DNA from: Okamejei kenojei
Lineage: Eukaryota
Direction of reading: 5' to 3'
NCBI GenBank assembly: GCA_035221665.1
Contig: CM069160.1
Location: 7,006,001-7,070,000 of the forward strand
Length of the DNA stretch: 64,000 bases
The notes below the pieces were generated by a model, which searched no databases, had not been told where the DNA came from, and worked only from the letters and a program-made list of their open reading frames with translations. How positions within the stretch are numbered: position 1 is the stretch's first letter; each line of letters opens with the position of its first letter. The position numbers and the translations under genes are program-made. This document shows, piece after piece, positions 51,341 through 62,506 of the stretch.

Positions 51341-52432
51341 ATTGTTGTGAACGGGTGGTGCCATTACTGTGCTTCCCTGCTGGAAATCGGGAGACAGGTT
51401 TAGAAGAGTGTGGGGGACCTCTTTTATACTTACTGTTATATTCCGGTGGAAGAAAGAAGACCAGGACTTACACAATTCGTCTTGTTGACCATCACCTCTG
51501 CTGCTCGCAAATACTCTCCATAACATGCTCACCAGAGGCGCACACAGTATTTTATTGAATGTGAAGAATTCGTCCGACCACAAACGTCACCTCTCTATTG
51601 ATAGACACAAAATACTGAGCCAGCCATCGCAGCAGGGAGCTTCTCTGGAGAACATGGATAGGCGACGTTGCGGCCCGGAACCATTCCTTACTCTGAAAAG
51701 GGTTACCGACCCGAAACATCGTCTATCCATGTTCTCCAACGTAGCTGCCTTACTTCATTGTTTTATCTCGACATTCGGTATAATCCAGCACCTACAGTTC
51801 CTTTATTATTACGCCACCCATCTCTGTCCCCGAGAGATGATGCCTAACCTGTTGTGTTACTCCATCACTTTGTGTCTTTTTGGGTTAACCAGTACCGATG
51901 GGTTATTGGGTTAAAGAACAGTAATTTACCCCGTGCGAAACTAGTTTTATATCCAATTCTAACACGATATCTATGTTTATACTTTCTCAGCGTGTAAATT
52001 ATTTTAGTTAAAACGCAATGCCAAACATGCGATTAACGACGTGTGTGCCTGTAGAAGATACACGTGCAGAATTTTCCTTCCGATCCTGTTCTCTGATGCT
52101 GTGTGGATTTCTCATGTTCTCCCTGCCACCGCAGGGAATTCCCTCAGGGACTCGTTACTTTCCACGCCCCTAAGATGTAAGTAGTTGACAGGGCAAATAG
52201 CCTCTATAATACGGCCCTGATGCATCCTGGATGCTGGTTCAATAGTGGGCATTTAAGTGACTCATTAGGGAATAAATTAAATGGGCGTGCAGAGGGGAAA
52301 GTGAATGCAGCCATTACCGTGACTCCCGGTATTGACCCGGTGGTGCAAATGGTATCTAGGAAAGTCAGGTGCAATGGTATAATGTAGAACGCAACGTAAT
52401 TTCGAAACGGGTTTTCACTTTGAACACTTATA

Positions 52433-55001
52433 TCACAACAAACACTTTATTGAATTGCAAATTAAAATGAATGGGCTCTTAATCACATGTATCAATTCCT
52501 CCCTGAATTTTTTCTGTGACACCCCATAAATAAACGTATTGATGCAAGCACTCAGAGACCTCAGCATGTATCCGGACAGTTCCGCTATTGTAAATGGGTC
52601 GTTGTTATCTCTTGTTGAAAACTCTACGTCGAGGAAATGTACACTCAAGACGCACACGAAGTTTACAATCCACAGTAGGACAAAGCTACCGGATATGGCC
52701 AGCAATAGAATGATGGACTTCCTTCTGCTCTCCACCTCTTGATCCGTGCCGCCATCGTCCTTCGTTTTCTCTCGGAGACCTCTCCTCACTCTGTTGGCGT
52801 GTATGATGTGCCTGATTGTCAGGGCATTGAGGAGCATGATCAGCAAAATTGGTAAACATGGGGTAAAAATGATTTTGATGGACAAAAGTGCTGCCCACAA
52901 CTGTGAGGTGTAGAAGTATGGATTCATGACACATGACCAGCCCACGTTGTTAATTATTTCTCGAGGCCCGAAGGCAAAATATATAGGTATATTTGCGATA
53001 ATAGAGAAGATACAGGTCAGCGCTATCACCAAAGCCGCAGTTCTCTCCGTGCAATATTTTGTTCTTAAATTCTGAGTACATATAGTGACAAATCGATCGA
53101 ATGTGAAGGTCACCGTTAGCCAGACAGAGCAATCGAAACAAATAAAATTCAAGACAATATTCAGTTTACAAACATGAGTTATGTTGAGGAATGAATAAGG
53201 AAAATAGCCATCTGAAATCTCGGAGAGAATTACCTCGAAGATCAGAACCATTAAATCAGCTACGGCCATGGATACCAGATAGCGGGAGATACATTTGGAG
53301 AGTCCACACTTTCCCCGGGAGAGAATTACGATTGCCATCAGATTAGCTGTAGGAAAGACGAAATTAAAATCACCAACATTCACTATCCCAGAAGAACTTC
53401 AGTTTGACAGTTCTGTGAAGGTAAATGGAGTATATCAGACTGTCACCTACCCCTTTACTCTGATTCTGCAAAGGACATCTGAAAGATGGATTTCGCAAAC
53501 TAATAGTGAATAAAATGCAATGGCCAAGGCCATGACTGGAATCGCGGCCTATCGCAGAACGATTATTAGGACGTCTGACGTGTATGGTGGATAAATATCA
53601 ATCGTGAATTTCATTCGCCTGACCACAAAGGAATGTGTAGGGGAACGAATATTGGCCGATTTGCTCATCACAGTCCAGCGCCAAACCTTATGGCATAACC
53701 ATCCATCTGCAGGCAGAATGCAGCATCAATATAAACACAAGAACATTTTGATGATTACCGCAGTTGACAGGTATTGCGTCTAAACATAAATCGCATCGAG
53801 AAGTTCTGTACACATGTCCGCGGTGAGGCGTGGCCAGACTCGCATTTCTCACCAGCTGATTGATTTCGGGATGCACATATGAATGCGATTACTGCATCCA
53901 ATTCCCGCCTCAGTTAAACTATATTTCCTAACGCGCTTGCGTTATAAAGCATTCTATTTTTAGCGCCCATTTCCCTCGGCAAATTTACAGCAGGCGCACT
54001 GCTGCATGACAGCTAAACGACCTAGGATCGATACTGTTCACTAGTGCTGGTTGCACTTTCTCCCTGCGCTGGTGTAGGTTCTCCCTGGGTCATTGATTGA
54101 TGGATTGATTAATGCAGCATGGTAACAAGTCTCCGGCACACCGAGTTGTACCGATCATCTATCACCCGTTCACACTGGTTCTCGGTTATCCAACATTCGC
54201 ATCCACTCCCCGCACACTGGAAGCAAATTATAGAATCCAGTTCACCTACAAACCAGGACGGGCTGTGAGAGAAATCTAGAGCGTCCGGACCTTTGGGGTG
54301 CAGAAGACGCCAGATCTGACAGTTAAATCAACGCAATCAGCCGAGATCAGTGCAAATTCCACACAGGGTCCCAGGTCAGGATCAAACTGACTCTCTTGCG
54401 CTGTAAGGCAGCAGCTCTGAAAGCTCCGCTTATGTGCGGCACGGTTCTCCGTTGTCCCACTTGCGATACACCGCTGGCTGGCAGGTTACCTATCCACATA
54501 ATTTCTCGCCAGTGCATAGGGTCATGGCAAAACTTGGAGTAAATTGAGAAGAGCATGTCAACTGAAAATCAGCCGGTTTATCTGATTGCAGTTGGTCGTG
54601 ACACAGACCAGATTGACGAACTTGCCGCCCTCCCTATCATAGGGGCAGGATTCATTGCATTCGCTATCTGTCCATTTCGATTTGGGGATGAAGTATAATT
54701 AAAGTCCTGTTTTTTTTCACAGTGGTCTAATGGTGTCAGAAACATTCGCACCAGCTACAGATTGGTATCGAACATGTGGGGGTATCTTAATTCAGTGTGC
54801 GACGGGCGGAACCGATGAATATGAGCCGCACAATGCTGGATCAGTAACTCAAGCCATAATTAATAACACAGATTGTTTCAACAGTAAAGGCGAGAGAGCG
54901 AAACCTGGGCACCGAATAACAAAGGGCTTACCAGGAATACCAATGATGACAAGGATAGGGTAGAAAATGTTCTCTACCTGGTTGAGTACCGGCAGTTCCA
55001 T
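52433..55001 (-). CDS. GPR139-like copy 3, intact, 327 aa; join(55001..54932, 53346..52433)
   Basis: Exon 1 MELPVLNQVENIFYPILVIIGIP with G|GTAAG; acceptor ttcctacAG; 984 nt open frame. Confidence 0.93.
54110..54445 (-). mobile_element. V-SINE fragment in the intron of GPCR copy 3
   Basis: Reverse-strand head (gcgctgtaaggcagcagctc) and tail. Confidence 0.6.
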
Positions 55002-55044
55002 GCCCAGATTTTATCGACGTTTTCTGCCAGTGGTCTGACAGGTC

Positions 55045-55165
55045 GCTTGCATTTAAAGTTAGCTGCATATTCTCCAGATAAATCATATGACTTCTAATCA
55101 AGGCAAATTAATTGGGATTAGTGTCAGTCAGTTAAACAAACAAAGTTAACCTCATCACGTTAGCT
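55045..55165 (-). promoter_or_regulatory. Conserved promoter block, GPCR copy 3
   Basis: TTTAAA (55052), TCTCCAGATA (55071), CATATG (55084), TTAATTGGGATTAG (55108). Confidence 0.65.
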
Positions 55166-56539
55166 GCTGCTAAGTATGTTATTGCGCAATAACTGCCAGC
55201 ATTGTTCTATTAGATAGATATTATATTACTCTATTACACAAAATAGGGAGAATTATAAGTAAGAACATATATTTATTAATCTATTCACATTCTCTGCTTC
55301 CAGCGGCAAAGTAATGTTGAATTATCCACGCATATCCATTTTCCTATCTAAAAGCTTCGCGCACAACGCTCTCACATCTGCTTTCACCGCCATTCCTGGC
55401 AGCCCGTTCCAGCCACTCGCCACGACCTGCTAAAGCTCCTGGCCGCGTATCTGCTTTAAATGTTGACCCTCTCAATTTAAACATATGCTCTCTAGTCCAT
55501 CCCAGCAAGGATATGTTTCTGAGTGTTTACCTCATGTACGCTTCCCACAATTGTGTTTATTTATATTATGTCTCTCTGCATCCTTCAGCATTCCAGAGAA
55601 AGCGATCAAATATTGTCCAACTTCTCCTTGTAACAAATACAGTCCATTCGAGGCAGAATTCCAGTAAAACGCCTCTGCATCCACTCCAAAGCCTCCACGT
55701 CATTGCTGCAAGGGGCCCCCCAGAACTGCACACAACGCTCCAAATGAGGTCTAACCAACCTGGTGGAGAACAGCATCGTGACTTCGTGACCTTTGTAATC
55801 AAAGCCCGCCCAACGTAGGCAAGCATCCCATACGCCTCCTGAACCATGCTTTCTGCTTATGATGCTACTTTCAGGGAGCTGCGCATCTGGACCCGAATAT
55901 CATTCTTCATATCAGTGTTGTTAAGAGTCCTGCCGTCAACCGTATAGTTCGCTTTACACTGACCTCGCAAAAGGCAACACATCCTGACTACCGAAATTTA
56001 AACTCATCTGCCACTTCCCCGCATATGTCTGCAGTTGACCGACATCCCACTGTGTACTGTTACAATATTCCCCCCATCTCGCAACTTCAGCAATATCTGC
56101 TTTGTCTGCAGACATAAGAAAAACGTATCTACGTCGATATCTCTCTCAATGTCTGCAGATTAAAAAATATAGGTATTGGCCAGTACGACCATGCCCCACC
56201 AATTATGCTAAGGTTCGAATGTTTGAGAACTTCAATTTGCTTAGCGTTAAATACAGTATGATCTGTGTGGTCCAAACACAATGATGGCACAGCTAAGTAG
56301 ACACACTGAAGCCTACGTCCTTCAGAGACTGAAAACAATCGGTATATCTCTGGTAACTCTTCCAAGCCTCTGCAGATGCACCAAAATAAGCAATCTGCTC
56401 CTCCGTCTCCTTCAAAAACCTTGGAAAGAACCCATTAGGTCCAGCCACCCACGTCAACCTGACATGCGCTTCTTTTTTCCTTGTCAGGTTTACAATCTCC
56501 TTGGTCATCCACGATTGCCTTTCGACCCACGCGATTACT

Positions 56540-58110
56540 AAGGTGAAGGTGCTTGGAAAACTGAGGCTCGTTAGGTCACCTGGACCGAATGGACTGCACC
56601 CCGTGGTTCTGAAGTAGGTGGCCACGAGAATTGTGGAGGCATTATTTGTGATATTTCAAGAATCACTTGAGTTAGAAGTGATTCCCTAAGATTGGTGAAT
56701 TGCGGATATCACCCCGCTGTACATGAAGGGAGCAAAGCAGAAGAGCGGAAACTATAGACAGGTTAATGTCATCGGTGGTTGCTAAGATTTTAGAGTCAAT
56801 TATAAAGGATGAGGTTACCCAGCAGTTGGACGTTCGCGATAAAAGAGGCCGACGTCAGCATGATGTTGTGAAGGGATGATCTTGTCTTGCTGGTGTTCTT
56901 GGAGAAAGTTAATAGCATGACAGACAGAGGGGAGGCGGTAGATGTTGTTTTCCTAGAATCTCAGAAGCGATTCGATGAGGTGCTGCACAGGCTGCTCGGG
57001 GATATATGAGTATCCATGTTATTGATGGAAAGATGCCAGCATGAATAGCGGGTTGGCTGTGTGGCACAGAGTTGCAATAAAATACGCTTGTCAGGTGAGC
57101 TGACGGTGTCTGGTGAAGTTCCGCAAGGGTCGGTGCAGGGGCCGCTTCTCTTCACTTTCTGTATATTAATGATTTGGATAAGGGGATTCACGGCTTCGAC
57201 GTCAAGTTTGCAGCTGATGCTCATATAGGTGGAGGATCAGTCAGTGGAGAAGAAGCAAGGACTCTGTAGAAAGTACTTGGACAGGTTAGGAGAATGGACA
57301 GAGAAGTGGCAGATGAAAACCAGTATAGCAAAGTGCGGAGTCATGCATTTTTCGTAATAATAATAAAGCCGTTGATTATTTTGTAAATGGGGTCATAATC
57401 CATAAATCGGAGTGCCAAGGGACTTGGGAGTGCTGCTGCAGGACTCCCAAACTGTTAATTTGCAAGTCGAATCGGTAGTAAGGAAGGCAAATTCAATGCT
57501 GGCATTTATATCAAGCGGACTGGAAAACAAATACAGAGATGTAATGCTGAGGCTCGATAGGGCGTTGGTCAGGCAGCATTTGGAGTCCTGTGAGCTGGTT
57601 TGGGCCACATATCAGAGGAAGGTTGCGCTGGCTCTGTAGAGGGTCCAGATAATCTATACCAAAATGATTCCAGGAATATGTGGGTTAGCACACGATGAGC
57701 GTTTGACAACACTGGGTCACCACTCACTGGAGTTTAGAAGGTTGAGGGGGGACGTCATTGAAACGTACAGAATAATGAAAGGCACAGAAAGGTTGTTTTC
57801 ACTGCTGCGAGAGTCTGGGACCAGAGGTCATCGCCTCAGAACTAAAGGGCTCTCTTTTAGAAAGGAGATGAGGAGGAACCTTTTTTAGTCAGAAGGTAGT
57901 TAATCTGTGGAATTTAGTGTCACGAGGGGCTGTGGAGGCCGTCAGTAGATATTTTAAAGGCAGAGATAGACAATGTCTGGATTAGAACGGGTGTCAAGGG
58001 TTATAGACAGAAGGCAGAAAATTGGAGTAGACGGCAGAGACCAACCACGATTCAATGGCAGAGTAGATCCGAATGGCCGAATTCTACATCTATAACCTGT
58101 GAACTTGTAC
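56540..58110 (+). mobile_element. Decayed CR1 (RT to 3' UTR)
   Basis: SPGPNGLHP, VPQGSVQGP, KFAAD, RGDVIETY. Confidence 0.85.
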
Positions 58111-58659
58111 GTGCAACACCTCCCAGTTACTGGGATTGAAATCCATCTGCCATTTCCCGCATATTTCTGCAGCTGACCAACATCCCACTGTCGTTTTCAC
58201 AGCCTTCCACCCTTCTCGAAACGTCAGCAATGATTGCTTTGCCTGCAGACTTAAAACCAACCTGTCGATATCTACCTCAATAACAGCAGATGAAACAGAT
58301 AGATATTGACATCAGTATGAACATGTCCCACCAGCTTCAATGATACGGAGAAGTGGAATGTTTGAGAGCTTCAATCTGCTTGGCGTTAATATTCTGATCG
58401 TTCTGCGTGGACGACACACGATGAATACACAACTAAGAAGACACAATGAAGTCTCTACGTCCTTCGGAGGCCGAGAAAATTCGGTATGTACCTAGTGACA
58501 CTTCCAAGCTTCTGCAGACGCACCAAAACAAGCAATCTGCACTCTGGTCTCCTTCAATAACCTTGTATAGACCCGATGTCTATCTCTATGCCAGCTGGAT
58601 GAAAGAGATAGATATTGACTTCAGTAGGAACATGCCCAATCAGTTTCAATGATGCATAA

Positions 58660-59290
58660 TAATTCCCCTCTTCTATTATAGATGAGGCTCTCACTGGGAT
58701 CTCCCCGATATCCCGCAGCTCCGCTCTTACTACCCCTCTCCCCACTCGTAACAATGACAGAGCACCCTTGTCGTCACTTTCCACCCCATCAGCCGTCGCA
58801 TACAGCATATAATTCTCCAACATTTTCGACATTTCCAAAGGGATCCCACTACTGGCCACGTCTTCCCATTTCCACCGCTTTCAGCGTTTTGCAGAGTTCC
58901 CCCCGTAACTCGTTGGTCAACTCACCCCCTTCTCACCCAAACCACCCCTCCCCTGATCATTCCCCTGCAACCGCAGGAGATGCAACATCTGTCCCTTAAC
59001 CTTCCCCCTCGACTCCATCCAAGGACCCAAACAATCTTTCCAGGTGTGCAGATGTTCATCTGCACGTCCTCCAACCTTTCGGTTCTCTGAACTCTTCCAC
59101 TCAGTCCGTCTTACCCAAGCTGATCTCCCGATGACCCAGCACATAAACACCCCCTTCCATTCTCCATCTGACATTTCTGCTCTGGGACTGCTCCATTGTC
59201 AGAGTGAGGCCCAGCCAAATTGGAGGATAGCGCCTCATATTTCGCTTGGGTAGTTTACACCCAACTGTATGAACATTGACTTCTCAAACT
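58660..59290 (+). mobile_element. Penelope-like fragment (linker and GIY-YIG C-terminus)
   Basis: Homologous to 34560-35280. Confidence 0.7.
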
Positions 59291-59299
59291 TTGTCCTCG

Positions 59300-60200
59300 T
59301 GAATTTGGATGGCAATGTGGACGTTAGTGTATAAGGACATTAAGTGTACTAATACAGCATTGATGCAGGAGGCAGCCCCGATGCAGTCGTTGATGTGGCG
59401 GTGAAAGACGGAGGAGAGGGCGATTGTTCAACGTACCCGACCAAAATGCATGCATATCCAGCGTTCATTCGGGACCGCGTGGCTTTACTTTTAACTTGGT
59501 GAAAGGGAGAGCAGTCTAAAAATATGTTTTTTTTCCGGGAAAAGAGATATTGCGCCGGCGGAGAAGAGTGTTCGTAAAGGGGCATTGAATGTGTCTCCAT
59601 TCGAGGAAGAAGCGGAGTGCCTTGAAACTCAGAGCAGGAGAGAGATGTGATGGAATTCGACGACCATGGTGAGAATGATGCAATGGAGCCTCGATAGCTA
59701 ATGTTATTAAATAGATGAAGGGCGAGTGAGTTGTGGTTGACGGAGGTGTGTGGTGGCTCAAGACGAGGGATGAAATGGAATCGACGTACGTAGAGATGGG
59801 TTCCACGGGGCAGCAGAAAGCAGTGACAATGGGTCTGCCAATGCTGTCTGCTTAGTGGATTTTGGGGAAGAGGTAGAAGCGGACAGCGTGGGGCCGCGGA
59901 ATGATTAGGATGGTGGTTGTGGAGCGGAGATCGCCGGAGGCGCTGCGCTCAGAAACTGCCTGGGAGGTGATGGACTATTGTGCGTGTGTGTTAGTATGAG
60001 GAGATGTGCTAGAACTTATCTCTTACCTGAACTGGGTACAGATTAGCCCGCCAGATTAAAATGGCATCTCCATTGTTGATGGATTTACTAACAATGTCTG
60101 GATTTTTGCTGAGAGAAGGGTGGGCACTGCGTTCAGAAAGGGGTGAGATCGGTAGGTGTAGTAGAGAATTGAAGACAGTTGATGTCGCACCCGCAGTTGG
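59300..60200 (-). mobile_element. Penelope-like RT fragment
   Basis: PISTYVDSISSLV, KALRFFLE, YACILVGYVEQS; homologous to 50160-50390. Confidence 0.7.
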
Positions 60201-60259
60201 AAATAAAAAGGTCCAGAAAGGGCACACGGGGCTTTACCGTATCGACCCAAAACGTAACA

Positions 60260-60645
60260 AAGACACATAATGCTGAGTAACTCCGGGAATCAGGCATCAT
60301 TCCTGGAGATCATGGTCTGGTGCTGTTTCGGGTTGGAAACCTTATTTAGTCTGAAGAACGGTTCCGATCCAAAAATCGCCGATCCATGTTCTCCAAAGAC
60401 GATTTACTCCGCGTTTCGTCTCTGTCTTCGGCATAAACCAACACAGGAAGATCCTTGCTATTGCCTCACCCATCCCTGTTCCCCGGGGATGTTGCCTGAC
60501 CTGTTGGTTTACTCCACCACATGTCCTTTTTCTGAAATCAATATCTGCTAGTCGGAAGATGGGTCTCGACCCGAAACGTCACCCATTCCTTCTCGTCAGA
60601 GATGCTGCATGTCCCGCTGAGTTACTCCAGCATTTTGTGTCTATC
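60260..60645. repeat. Cluster of Penelope-type terminal repeats
   Basis: An inverted pair plus tandem copies; near-consensus copy at ~60550-60645. Confidence 0.7.
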
Positions 60646-61030
60646 TATTGAAGATAATGTATCTGCAGATTCCTTCTTCTGACTGTTCTCTGATGAATGT
60701 GGATTTCGCATTTATTTTTCTGCCACCGCGTGGATTTGTCTCATTGGCACGACGTCCCGTCCACGTCTCAAAGACGCAAATTGGTTGACCGAGTTAATGA
60801 CTTCCATGATTTGGTCATAAAACAATTGGTCTGCTGGGGCGTTAGTGGGCATTTAAGTGTCACGTAAGGGGATACATTGAATAGGCGTGCGGAGGGCAAA
60901 GGGGCTACAATGAGTACCATGGCAGTCGGTATTGACTGGATGGTGCGAATGGTATCTCGGAACATTAGATGCATCATATAACCTAGAACACGAAGTAATT
61001 TCGAAAATAATTTTCAGTTTCACCGCGACA

Positions 61031-62140
61031 TTAAAAACACTTTATTAAATCGAAAAAGAAAACGAATGGGCTCTTAATCCCATTTTTAAATTCATCCCTG
61101 ATTGTTTTCTGGGACACCCCATAAATAAACGTGTTGGTGCAGGAACTCAGAGCCATCGGCATATATCCGGACTGTTCTGCAATGGTAAATGGATCGTTGT
61201 AATCTGATTCTAAAAGGTGAACGTCCAGGAAATATGCACTCAGGAAACACACGAAGGTCACCATCCAAACTAGTACGAAGCTACCGGATATGGCCAGCAA
61301 TAGAACGATGAAATTCCTTCTGTTCTCCACCTCGATATCTGCGCCGGTCTGGGTATTTTTGCTCCCTCGGAGACTGCTCCTCACTCTATTGGCGTGTACA
61401 ATGTGTCCTTATTGTCATGGCGTTGAGGAGCATGATTATTAAAATTGGTGCAAATGGTGTTAGAATTGTTTCCATCACCCAAAGTGCTGCCCATAATAGT
61501 GAGGTGTAGATTTCCGATGTTGTCCAACAGTACCAAGCCACATTGTCAATCAGTTGTAGAGGTACGAGGGAAATATATACCGGAATATTTTGAATAATAC
61601 ACAAGATACAAGTCAGTGCTACCACCAAAGCCGCAGTTTTCTCAGTGCAATATTCTGCTCGTAAATTCAGATTGCAAATAGTGATAAATCGATCGAAGGA
61701 GAAAGTCACGTTAGCCAGACGGAGCAATCAATAAAAATACAATTCAAGAAAATATGCAGCTTACAAATGTGAGAACGGTTGAGGAATGAAAACGGAAAAT
61801 GGGCTCCTGTAATCTCTGAGAGAATTACCTCGAATATCAGAAACATTAGATCAGCTCCGGCCATGGATACCAGATATAGGGTGATACATTTAGAGAAACC
61901 ACATTTTCTCCGGGAGAGGATAACGATTGCAAACAGGTTAGCTGTAGAAAAGACGAAATTTAAATTTAAATAGCTATAATTATTGTTCTTGGAGAGTAAT
62001 ACTTTGACTACTTCGTATGAAAGTGAATAGTTTTATTGATTCGGTAAGCTGCTCCTTTTCCTGGGCTTACCGGGAACACCAATGATGGCAAGAATAGGGT
62101 AGAAAATGTTCTCAACCTGGTTGAGTACCGGTAGTGCCAT
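61031..62140 (-). pseudogene. GPR139-like copy 4, frameshifted; join(62140..62071, 61941..61031)
   Basis: Exon 1 MALPVLNQVENIFYPILAIIGVP; 129-bp intron; a -1 shift at ~61710 gives an immediate TGA; +1 at ~61406. Confidence 0.85.
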
Positions 62141-62182
62141 TCTCAAAGATAATTGACGTTTCCTGCCAATGATCTGGCAGGT

Positions 62183-62305
62183 CGCTTGTAACATTTAAAG
62201 TTAGGAGCTTATTCCCCAGCGAAAACATATGACGACGAATCAAGGCAAATTAATTGGGATTAGTGTCGGTCATTTAACCAAACAATGTTTGCTAGATCAC
62301 GTTAG
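62183..62305 (-). promoter_or_regulatory. Conserved promoter block, GPCR copy 4
   Basis: TTTAAA (62194), TCCCCAGCGA (62213), CATATG (62226), TTAATTGGGATTAG (62250). Confidence 0.65.
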
Positions 62306-62506
62306 CTACTGCTAATTATGTAGTTACGTAATAACTCCCCTGCAAGCCGGTTGTTCTATAAAATAAATATTTTATTATTATATTATGCAAAATGAAGAGA
62401 ATTATCAGAGAACAAATTTCTTGATCTATTTGCGTTCGCTGTTTCCTGCAGCAATGTAATGATGAATTATCATGAATGACCATGTACTCATCCAAATACG
62501 CTTTAA

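Noticed and set aside
30097-55001. Gene symbol GPR139 for these genes
   Set aside because: They are multicopy and far more divergent than the conserved ortholog would be; orthology cannot be shown without a tree.
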